Of a DNA stretch of 64,000 nt, positions 12,201-22,200 are shown in pieces; the first letter of the stretch is position 1; each line of letters opens with the position of its first letter. The stretch is taken from positions 1,646,776-1,710,775 of the forward strand of contig NW_004797349.1 of NCBI RefSeq assembly GCF_000002075.1, read 5' to 3'. Position numbers and translations under genes: made by a program. The stretch is from Aplysia californica (taxonomy: Eukaryota). The notes beneath the pieces were generated by a model that was not told where the DNA came from, made no database searches, and saw nothing but the letters and a program-made list of their open reading frames with translations.

Positions 12201-15200
12201 TTTGTAAATCTTACCCCTCCAGCTTTGATAAGTTTCGCTTTGAACTCAGGTGTAGGATTCTGAAACTTCAGCTTTTCGTACCGCACATTGTTCACTGGCG
12301 GTCCATCTTGAGCATTCAGAAACAAGTCGTACATAAAGTTAATCTTTCGAGGTTGCTGCTTGTTCTTGAAATGGATATCAATGGGAAGAATAAATCCTGC
12401 ATAGCCACATTCACTGACTCTATATGGAGGCTCTGAGATCACTGGAACATAAAGGTATTAAGAAACAGATTAAAATATTTGTGTATACAGGTCTCCAAAT
12501 ACAAATGAAAACAAGGGATTTTTAAAAAAAATTTGGGCATTGTTATACTAACCAAAATGGAAGACTACAATGGAACAAAATTCGTATTTGTTTTTTGTTT
12601 CAGTTGAGGTTTTACGGCACCCGCAACTGCATAAGTTCATATGAACGCCAAGGGGTGGATGTCAACAGAGAAGTCCTTTCAGGGAATCAGACTCACTCTG
12701 CTCACCTCTCTAGCTTCAACAGCACAAAGTCTGCTTCGACTATCAAGGCATCCTGCAAATAGCGGGTCACATGAGTGTCACAAACATACAAAAAAAGAAG
12801 AGAAAAATGACGATAGTAAGGATTAAGAAAGAAAAAGCAGCAGTTCCCCGTTGTAGTTCAGGCACAGTTATGAGCATGACATTGTTAGATCAGCCCATTT
12901 ACAATTCTACTGTGCATTAGAACGAGAAATGTCCCCCCTTTGGGAATGGCCTAAAGACACTTCAGTCAGTGGCACTGCCCTAGGGGGTAAATTTGGATTT
13001 GACTTGAAACAAAACACAGACCCTAACTAAAAAAAGGTACTGCTCTGGGCCAACCAACAATACAATTGCATGTTTGTTATAATTTATCATATGTCAATGT
13101 CCCTTAGCTGAATGACTTAATACAATACATGGTGATGTACACATACTGAGTGGCAAAATGGAAGAGTCATTATGGATGTATTTCATTACAGCTTATGACA
13201 TATAAATATCATGTTATAAAATCCCACACCAAGATACAAATAATTGGTCTTTTTCTTTCCCTTTCTTTAAATGGCTGAAAAAATGCTCAAGCAACTTTAT
13301 CAAATTTGAAGGGAAATGGGGATAAGGAACAGAATTTGCTGTGTAACTTACGAACGATGGATAAAAATGAAATGTCATGAGATACATACTATGATAATGA
13401 AACAGCCCAGTAAAATGTTAGTTCATTATTCACTGTATTCATAAAACAAAACCTATTCACTACAATCATAATGTCCCGTGCGTGCACTCTCCCCATTCAT
13501 GTTGAAGGCAGGAGAGTTAATGGCAGCGCCAGAGCACACTATCAAACTGGTCTCTGCCTTGCTTCATCAAATTTGTCCTGTAAGTCTACTAGGGCCTGTC
13601 CCATTCCATGTGTAGATAGAAGGTCTGACCCCGCAATATGTAGTAGCAACCTTGTGATTAGCAGTTTTCATAACATGTATCAGACCCGTGACCTAGAAAA
13701 ACAAACATGTCTGATTTTGGAGGATTTGATCAAACGATGCCAAAGTGGTAGCTTTTGCCCCTCCATGGAGGAAAAGCTGGCTGCCCTTAACTGTATCAAA
13801 TGGGCACGGTGCAGTGCTAAAAAATTAACAATTGTAAAGGCTACTTACCTCTCACGGGCATTTTGAAAGTCTTGTGCAGACGAAAGACTACTTTTTCCAC
13901 AAAGTATTCCAATCTGCTGCCTTCATAGCCCCGTACAAATACAGTCCAATCATGGGTGAATCCTTCTGGTGATGGCTCCTTCAGGAAGTTGGCTTGGTGC
14001 CCAAGTTCAATTGTAACTGTTACAACACAGTCGCTTGACTGGAACAAAAAGAAGGACATGAATGGGGATTCTTCTACATTCTTAATATAAAATTTTAAAG
14101 ATTGAACAGCCAATTTTTCCCCCACATAAATCTACATGAGAATCTTATTATATATATAATGGAATATATGGGGGGGGGGGGGGGGGGGGACTAAAAAATG
14201 GCGGAAAATTGGAAGCACTGAACGTTAGAACTATAGAACGAAGACACTTCCTTTTTTCCGGACCCGAGTCCGAATAACATTTTTTCATATTCGGACTCGA
14301 GTCCGAATATGAAAAAATGTTATTCGGACTAGGAAAGGAATTCTGAATGTTGAAATATGTAAAAACTGAATAAAAAGAACTTTTTTAAAGAGTGATTTAA
14401 ATCACTGATTTTTATTTTAAAAATCAAGTTGATTTAAATTTTAAAAACGAAGTGACTATTTCTTCGAACGTTCGGAGAAATAGTGCCGATCTTTATTTCT
14501 ACGAACGGTTTCCGGCTTCCGGTCTCGTGATTTTTGGCCTATTTATTGCGAGAGTTCGGCGCCAACTTTCATTCTGCCTCTGGTCTGGGAAGGAGCACCG
14601 CATGGCAAGCCCGCCTACAGACAACCTTCAGTAGCACCCACCACACACCCACCACCATCATGCACATGTACACACACTAACTAAACATGACCAGTGGGCA
14701 ACTTTTGAACGTATGACGAGCTGAGCTGTGGATGGAGAGACAGTGTGAGTGAAAGAGCGGGTGAAAGGAAGAATGTGCGAGTGTATCCACAGGCGACAGC
14801 AACTACAAGACGACGACACCGACCTCCCTGGCCTGGTCCACAGCTCACGAACGAAAGGAATGCAGCTCAGGCAGTGTTTTGCCTATTATTGTCCATGGTT
14901 CGCATGGTGCAAGGGAATGAGTGAGATTTTCTTTGTGTGTGCCTGGAGGGAGGGGGTGGGGTATGAAAGTCATGCGGACGGGGATGAGCCGCGGGTCATG
15001 CGGACGGGGATGAGCCGCGGGAGAGAACAGGGGAATTAAATGAATGAGTGAAACTGAAAGAGACGAACGACTCATGAGCCATGGAGTGAATGGATCTTGT
15101 GTTTCTATTTTTGTATACTTTGAACTGTTACTGAAAACACACTCACACACACACACACACACACTCACTCCTCACTCTCCACTTACAACCACACACAGCA

Positions 15201-16889
15201 CGCACACGCACACACACACACACACACACAGGAGCAAATTTTTGGGTCTATATCTATTTAATTTTCAAGAGCTAGTCTAGAGATTTTTAGATGAGTGTAA
15301 AAACGTGAAAAAGAAAGGTTTCACAACAGAATGAAATCAAAATTAGAACAACCCACAAACAACAACAAACATTAACAAATAAGGGCGTGTGTCCACCTGT
15401 CCGAAGAAAATTTGCTGTTTTAACCCTAAATGTGCGTAATTTTTTTTTTTTAAGTACAGGATATTAGCCTACATGTAAATTATGGAATAACACACATTAA
15501 GAGGCTTGCCAGTGTCAGTACATTGGTCGCAGCAGTGACAAACGCAGATGCCAGTTCTATGTGTCGTTATCAATAACCCTCCGTAGATCTAGATCTAGAT
15601 CTAGACAGCACACGAGTGAACACAACACATTACGTTTAAGAGCAGCACCCTTCATAGGCAACACGTCATATCTGTAGCGAAAAACTGTTTGGAGTTGTAG
15701 CATTTCTTTATATAAATATTTACTGCGGACATTTTTTGGACCGATCGAACCACATTGTAAACGAACAATCTTTGGTAGGCTTATACTTTAATTATAGATC
15801 TTTATAATATCCGAAATTTGCGGGAAAGGATGAGATTTCAGAGTGTTCGGAGAAATAATGCCCAGCTTTATTTTCCCGAACGTTCGGAGAAATAGTGCCT
15901 AGCTTTATTTTCCCGAACGTTCGGAGAAATAGTGCCCAGCTTTATTTTCCCGAACGTTCGGAGAAATAGTGCCGGCCTTTTAAAAATCAACTGATTTAAA
16001 TCAACCCAATCCTGCCTATTTCATTTGCAAATCTGCGCCGACAAATTATTAGTAATAGACCAGCAGCACGACGCTGGAGAATAGCTTCTGATCTATTGAC
16101 CGAAGCGACGCCGGAGAATAGCCACTTGCATATTATTATATGTAGAAACGATGGCTTTTAATACCAAAAACCGTGTGTATACTACACAGTCTGTGCTAGG
16201 CTTATTCAGAAAGCTGTGTTTCAAAAGGCCACCTCTATTCTCACCCGGAGTGAGAATAGTGCAGGCGAGTCTTGTGGCTATTCTCACCCGGTGCACGTTC
16301 ACCAAATTTTGCGTTCACTCTAAACCACAGAATTTTACACTGTGATAACAGAAAAATTGTAGAATTCTGTGCCGTGAACAAACGTTCCATTACAACTGTA
16401 GCCTACTAAAAGCGTACAATTTTGTCTGTGGGCAGTGGAGAGAGAGAGAGAAAGAGAGAGAGGAGTAGCGCGAGAATTTCAGGGCAAAACAAAATGGCGA
16501 CCCGCGTAGTAGTTCGGCTCGATTCGAAAAGTTAAATAGCCGTAGCATCTTTGTAGACAACCAAATTAATTTACTTTTGTGTTTTAACATCATTTTTTAA
16601 CTTTGTTTTGGTCAATTTGATCTTCCACACCGATACAGTATTCAGAAAGAGACAGAGAGAGAGAGAAGAGGGGAGGAGTTGATCTTGCGAGAACTTCCGG
16701 GCGGGTGAGAATAGCCACTTTCATTTCAAAAAGCACGGGAGGCATTCAGAACGCGGCGTTGCAAATAGCCCCTGCCTAAAAATAATGAAGAAAGTACATG
16801 TAGCCTACTGTAGGCTAATAATACTAGATCTAATATAAACCAGGTCTACAGAGGCAGACACTCTCTTGACTCACATCTTTGGAAGCCAT
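7332..16889 (-). CDS. MLLT3: ENL/AF9-family YEATS-domain protein (MLLT1/MLLT3-like), spliced CDS, about 816 aa
   Basis: Exons 16875-16889, 13849-14038, 12215-12441, 10479-10592 and 7332-9236 join in frame through GT-AG introns (2451 nt). N-terminal YEATS motifs [47 protein letters not shown]. Long K/S/E-rich disordered region. C-terminal AHD-like segment ([31 protein letters not shown]). Invertebrate co-ortholog of MLLT1/MLLT3. Confidence 0.9.
10117..10298 (-). mobile_element. Short retroposon family A, copy 2
   Basis: Homologous to A1; TSD CTGTGAACRGC at 10106-10116 and 10299-10309. Confidence 0.8.
10479..10592 (-). CDS. MLLT3: ENL/AF9 coding exon 4
   Basis: tttcag|GTT...AAG|gtaaag; [17 protein letters not shown]...KDPLK, phase 0/0. 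Confidence 0.85.
11398..11998. mobile_element. piggyBac-like MITE (degenerate left end)
   Basis: Right end GGCAGTGAAAGGG|TTAA; left end cccttcattgtc is a decayed inverted copy lacking TTAA. Confidence 0.5.
12215..12441 (-). CDS. MLLT3: ENL/AF9 coding exon 3 (YEATS C-half)
   Basis: ttccag|TG...GGG|gtaaga; [16 protein letters not shown]...KLIKAGG. Confidence 0.93.
12591..12988 (-). mobile_element. Short retroposon family B, copy 1
   Basis: About 400 bp, colinear with 60222-60635, same 3' tail as family A; degenerate 13-bp TSD aaattcgtatttg / aaatttggatttg. Confidence 0.8.
13849..14038 (-). CDS. MLLT3: ENL/AF9 coding exon 2 (YEATS N-half)
   Basis: ttgttccag|TCA...AGAG|gtaagt; [37 protein letters not shown]. 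Confidence 0.93.
14267..14330. repeat. Perfect 64-bp palindrome with no spacer
   Basis: AGTCCGAATAACATTTTTTCATATTCGGACTC followed directly by its exact reverse complement. Confidence 0.95.
14390..16014. mobile_element. Probable hAT-like non-autonomous element with internal mini- and microsatellites
   Basis: Subterminal GATTTAAATCA/TTTTAAAAATC clusters at both ends, right terminus ...CAACCCAATCCTG, and a GTTCGGAGAAATAGTGCC motif near both ends; left terminus not resolved. Confidence 0.5.
15845..15973. repeat. Minisatellite, about 37-bp unit x about 3.5
   Basis: Unit GTTCGGAGAAATAGTGCCCAGCTTTATTTTCCCGAAC; related single unit at about 14466-14505. Confidence 0.85.
16227..16723 (+). mobile_element. 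About 500-bp non-autonomous DNA element, copy 1
   Basis: Terminal hairpin CTATTCTCAC-ccgga-GTGAGAATAG, subterminal inverted repeats GGCTATTCTCACCCG/CGGGTGAGAATAGCC, candidate 8-bp TSD TTTCAAAA. Confidence 0.8.
16875..16889 (-). CDS. MLLT3: ENL/AF9 candidate first coding exon (MASKD)
   Basis: accATGGCTTCCAAAGAT|gtgagt: strong Kozak context, consensus donor, phase 0 matching the next exon. An in-frame ATG also lies at 16895. Confidence 0.7.
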
Positions 16890-17446
16890 GGTCATTGTGA
16901 GTTCGACAACAATGGAGACTTCAGGTCGATATACACAGGAAACTCTTACAATGTAATCCTTGGATTCTATGTGGGCCACACCCAAAGCAGATTGACAACA
17001 GTTCAGGCAAAATCACAAACGTCCTTTGAATACTAGATCTAGATTCTATGTTGAACGACAGATGGAACGCCAAAACGTGGACCAACTTGTCCATGACATC
17101 ACAAAATCATGGCCAAGGCAACATGCTATACAACATCCTGAGTATAAAATCAAGTTAATCAACATTCGAAATACTAGATCTAGATCCAGCACAGTGTCGT
17201 TGCACAACAGGCACACAAATGCCAAAATCTCGATTCCAGTCAGTGTGCCTTCGTCCAACTAAGACAAGACAGACACTGTCAGTCCTGTACGGCCAAGCAA
17301 TGAAGCAAGCTGGATCTAGGCTAGCCTACCAAACCCACAACCAGAAGCTGTAGGTTTCTGTTATGCCCCCCAGATTTTTTTATGGGGAAGTAAGTAGCAA
17401 TTATATTTATCCGCCAAAAATAAGCTCCCTCCGCGGTTTCGGTGCA

Positions 17447-17527
17447 GAAGAAGAAGAAGAAGAAGAAGAAGAAGAAGAAGAAGAAGAAGAAGAAGAAGAA
17501 GAAGAAGAAGAAGAAGAAGAAGAAGAA
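17447..17527. repeat. (GAA)27 microsatellite
   Basis: Uninterrupted trinucleotide tract. Confidence 0.95.
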
Positions 17528-17542
17528 GATTGTTAATAAGAA

Positions 17543-18045
17543 GAAAGTGGCTATTCTCACCCGCCCGGAAGTTCTCGCAAGATCAACTCCTTCCTCCCCT
17601 CTTCTCTCTCTCTCTGTCTCTTTCTGAATACTGTCCATCGGTGTGGACGATCAAATTGACCAAAACAAAGTTAAAAAATGATGTTAAAACACAAAAGTAA
17701 ATTAATTTGGTTGTCTACAAAGATGCTACGGCTATTTAACTTTTCGAATCGAGCCGAACTACGCGGGTCGCCATTTTGTTTTGCCTGGAAATTCTCGCGC
17801 TACTCCTCTCTCTCTCTCTTTCTCTCTCTCTCTCCACTGCCCACAGACAAAATTGTACGCTTTTAGTAGGCTACAGTTGTAATGGAACGTTTGTTCACGG
17901 CACAGAATTCTACAATTTTTCTGTTATCACAGTGTAGAATTCTGTGGTTTAGGGTGAACGCAAAATTTGGTGAACGCGCACCGGGTGAGAATAGCCACAA
18001 GACTCGCCTGCACTATTCTCACTCCGGGTGAGAATAGAGGTGGCC
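17543..18045 (-). mobile_element. About 500-bp non-autonomous DNA element, copy 2 (inverted)
   Basis: Near-identical reverse complement of 16227-16722; the same spurious [18 protein letters not shown] appears on opposite strands. Confidence 0.85.
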
Positions 18046-18343
18046 AGCATAAATAGAAAGCTTACAGTAAAAACCCACAAAGAAATTATCCGACGATTTA
18101 TTTTGAACGCTTCCCTTTCAACCGTCGGATAATAGGAATTAATAATGTATGCCCTACATGCTTATTTACATGTGTAGTAAACGGTGCCATGTGTTGTAGA
18201 ATATAAGATTTAAAAAAAATAAGGTTAATAAATTAATTTGAAAAAACAATAGTCGTCATATAAAAACTTCAACATTTTCATCAGTGCGACACCGTCAATG
18301 AGAACAACGATGATGATAGCAGTAAATAAAAATGTTATTATGA

Positions 18344-18485
18344 TACGGGGTGCCCACTACGGATGAGATCAGCCGATCGCGCCGATGGCCCGACTCGGTC
18401 GCCTCAAAAACAAACGTGTAACTTGTTTGTTTCAGGCGATCGAGTCGGGTAGTCGCTCCGATCAAGCCGTAGTGGGCACCCCGTA
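18344..18485. mobile_element. Fold-back MITE, PIF/Harbinger-like, in the ENL-BCCIP intergenic region
   Basis: TACGGGGTGCCCACTACGG / CCGTAGTGGGCACCCCGTA TIRs plus inner arms CCCGACTCGGTCGCCT / AGGCGATCGAGTCGGG; flanks TGA/TTA. Confidence 0.75.
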
Positions 18486-19201
18486 TTATCCTGTTGTGCT
18501 TCGAGGGGAAAGCGTTGATAAAAGAATTTAGGATGATTAATCTGGACATATTAGTATTGGGAGTGATTTCCCTTGTAGACCGTCGCAGTAGATCTACCGA
18601 GTTGGCAAATTACTTCGTACGGTTCCTCGCTGATTAATGAGAGCCTTATGGTCCTGGATTAAGTGGGGGTTTTTTCACAGAGACGTTTGCAATATCATCT
18701 AATTTACTTTTGACATACTTATATTAGCGTTCATAGCGAAAAATTGCTATACACCATCGTTATACACTTCTTGATAATACACTTTCATTCTGCTAGTCGA
18801 TTGCCAATACCGAAATCTGGCAAACATAACAGCACAAGGCTCAAACACATTGTTGTTTCCACTCGTGTGTGCAATAGCTTACTGAGTGTAATGTGCAAGC
18901 CGAGAATAGACTAGAAAGGGAGGGGTAGATCTAAATCTAGTAGACTTAGATAGTAGTGGCAGTTGTAGCGAAGAATGAAAGGATTATAACCCAGGTTGCT
19001 CATATTATATCCCGTTCTTGTACGTGTGTGTCTGTTTATGATCCATTGACTCCTGACTATTACTATTAGATCTACAGTACGTGGTATTGACCAAGAAAAT
19101 TGACAAATTCCTACTCCCTTGGCTTGGACTTGGTCGTCTTGGACTTTTACAAGAAGTGTTATTTTCCTTGTTGAGTTTTTTCTCTGTGTTGGATGTGCAA
19201 A

Positions 19202-19294
19202 ATGGAAGGCAAACATGTAGAAGAAGAAAACGAAATCAACAACAGTGAAGAGGACTACTCTGAAGAAGAAGAAATTGATGAAAATGTTGGAAAG
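19202..19294 (+). CDS. BCCIP: BCCIP exon 1 (acidic N-terminus)
   Basis: aaaATGG...AAG|gtaagt; MEGKHVEEENEINNSEEDYSEEEEIDENVGK. Confidence 0.8.
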
Positions 19295-22200
19295 GTAAGT
19301 TGATTCTGGACTGAGTAAAGACAAGCGGATAGTTAGAAAACATAAAGGAGTACGCCATTGGCCGATATTTATAGTAAGAGCCATCTTGGTTGACGACATT
19401 GCGAGATTCCCACTTTGTTTTCAGTCATGATGGTGGCAACACGATCGCACGATGTGAGATGTGCAGCACCCTTCTTCACCGCCCAGGCCCAGATTGTGAT
19501 TCTGATGCTGTACACTATGTAAATTAAGAAGAAGACTTGCCTAAGCATAAGCCTACGTATGAAGATTGATTCTGATGCTGTACACTCATAAATTGAGAAG
19601 AAGAAGACTAAGAATTTATAAGCCTACATACAAAAGCAAGTTCAAACGAAGTTCAACAACGCAGTGCATGATCGACCCTTTCGACTTTCGATCCGTATCG
19701 TTTCTTTTACAGTTTTGTAAGGAAAAGAAATTAAGCACTTACAAGAGATCTGGGCTGAATAGGACACTAAGCTGCAAATTGAGCAGATCTAAATCAAAAC
19801 TACAAGGCTTGCAAATTACTGTGAGTTGCAAATGCTGTATACTAGGGGCTAGGGGGAACCAAATTACAGGAAAGACTCAAAGCGGGAAGGCAGTAGGGGG
19901 GGGGGGCTGCTTGTGGGGTGAAGATGAAGGGGAAGAAACACCACATCACTTTAAAACTGGAAAGAGGAGCAGGGTGAAGGGGGGATGGGGGGTATAAAAA
20001 AGGAAGGACAAAGAAATGTATGTCTCCTTGTTTAATGCTTTATAACTTGTACTGACACACACAATGTCACTGTTACAATGCCACATGCTCACACACATAT
20101 GTGCACACACGCGCGCGTGCACTCTCAAACAAAGACACACATACACACACACACAAAAGCCATCATCAATGACTCACTGAAGAGCAAAACCACCAGCGAC
20201 ATCAGCTGACGACAACAGATTCATGCCCCCCGTGGGTCAGGGATATAAACAGACCCACTACCCCGTCTGTAGGAGGTGAAACCCCACAAATGACGAGGTG
20301 GCGCACACGGACCCGAACCCTTTGGATTTCGGGTACAACGCTACTCCCGTGCGGAGGGAAACCGGGTACCTGGAGGTTGAGTAAGATCAGTTTGCGGACT
20401 TTCCCTCGCCAACACACCTCTTTGGCCCAGGTTTTCCTCTTAGACTGGAGGGTGGCACGGCCAATGCAACTCAATCCGTTGTGAGCTGAAAGAAACCCCT
20501 TCAGTCCCTGGGTCAATCTTAACGGATGGGTATTTTGCTCTCTGGTGAAGAGTATAGCTCCGGGATAGCCCTGGCACTGCTCTGGTCATCCGAGCTATGT
20601 GCCCCCTTGTTGGGCTTGATGGCGGGAGGGGAGCCCCAGAGTCTAAACACGATCCAAACACATTGTGGAACCCTCACTTTCTAAAGACCCTTCCCCAGCT
20701 CCCAACAAACAAGAAGTCTCGGCTCGCCGAAGCGGGTGCGGCTGCCTCTGCCCTCCCTCCTCCAACTGAGCTTCCATGGCAGCCGTACGTGGCCATTTTC
20801 AGTGCAGAAGACGCACTGAAGAAAATCACTGATCTGAATCTGTTCAAGACAGGAGATGCACTACGCAGACCTGCCACTCATCCCGATTTAATCGGGATAT
20901 CCCGATTTTTTGCCCCAAATCTCAAGCGTCCTGGTTTTCCCGATTTCGATCGCCAGTATCCTGATTTTTCGTGGTTGCGTCTGTTGCGTCTGATTCTTAG
21001 AAAAAAATATAAAAAGTTCTGCAATCTCTTTAGCTTGGAAACACCGACTGGACTTTTTATCTGCAAGAACTTGGAACGCTATTTTCTAAAGCATCTATGC
21101 CGAATCTAGGTCTAGTAGATGATTAACGCACGTTATTTAAACTAAAATCGACCTAGTTTCAAACGCTCACTCGCATCACATGACATGACCTCGTACGCGT
21201 GGTGAGTAGCGCGTGTGCCGGGGACCGTCGGCTGTCGGGGTCAACAAAGTTCATTCACACCGGTCGCATTGGTCGAGGCGTTTTTCGGGACTTAACCAGT
21301 GTGGACGGCCGGGGGGAGGGGGTGGGGGTATTGTTTTGACACTTGGGCTTAAAGTGCGTGCCGTGATACAGGTACTAATTAAGGGGAAAGGAATAAGAAA
21401 AAAAAGGAACAACCTTGGCGCGATCTTTTTTTCGATGTGATGGAAGTCAAACGTTGTTAAACGCGGGCGGTTTGCATGGATGATTAGAGTTACGTGTCAG
21501 CTATTTTCAAAACTACGAGTGTTTCAGCATCACTGCGACCTTCGCTCCCCCAGTCTATCCAACTTCGACTCGAGTACATATATGCTGTCAAAGTTTTGCC
21601 TTGCATACTTGCCTCTTAAAAGGGAACCAGGACCCCGCCTTCCCCAGTGCCCTTTATGGCTGATTTGCCGTTGGTCCCGATTTTTTTCACCAGATCCTGA
21701 TTTTTTAACTCAGAAATCCTGATTTTTAGATTTCATAGAGTGGCAGGTCTGCACTACGTGAAGTTCTGGGATACATTCCCACGAATGTTCAGAAGCTTTC
21801 CTGTGGTGCTATCCTTGTCAAGTGCGCAACAGAGCAAGAAGGAGACAGAAATGAACAAGCTCCTGAACACCATGACCTTCGGCGATGTTCCATGTACATC
21901 CGTGCGGTATCAAAAGTTGAACTGCTCGAAGGGCAGCGTCCGTCGTAGCCCTGAATTGAAGGGCTGCAGCATGGAGGAAATTGCACTGTGGCAAATTGGG
22001 AGGGTGTGACCCACGCCCACCGGATTACTCTTCGGCAGGGGGAGACCACCCTTGAAACTAACCGAATCATTCAGATTTTTGATTCGTGTCTCCCTCCAGC
22101 CACCTTTCCGGCATCATATTTGCTCCTTGTCGTGCGCCCCTATATGCTGAAGCCTCCGCGCTGTTTCAAGTGCCAGAAGTTCGGCCATAGCCAGTCGTGA

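Noticed and set aside
15845-15973. 37-bp partly palindromic repeats superficially like CRISPR repeats
   Set aside because: Units are contiguous with no unique spacers, there are no cas genes, and the context is a eukaryotic intron.
18911-19399. 162-aa antisense ORF across BCCIP exon 1
   Set aside because: Low-complexity mirror of acidic codons with no recognisable domain; it starts within a TE repeat.
20226-20290. Hairpin GTGGGTC...GACCCAC at the LINE 5' end, possible 5' ribozyme relic
   Set aside because: Too degenerate to fit an HDV-like double pseudoknot.
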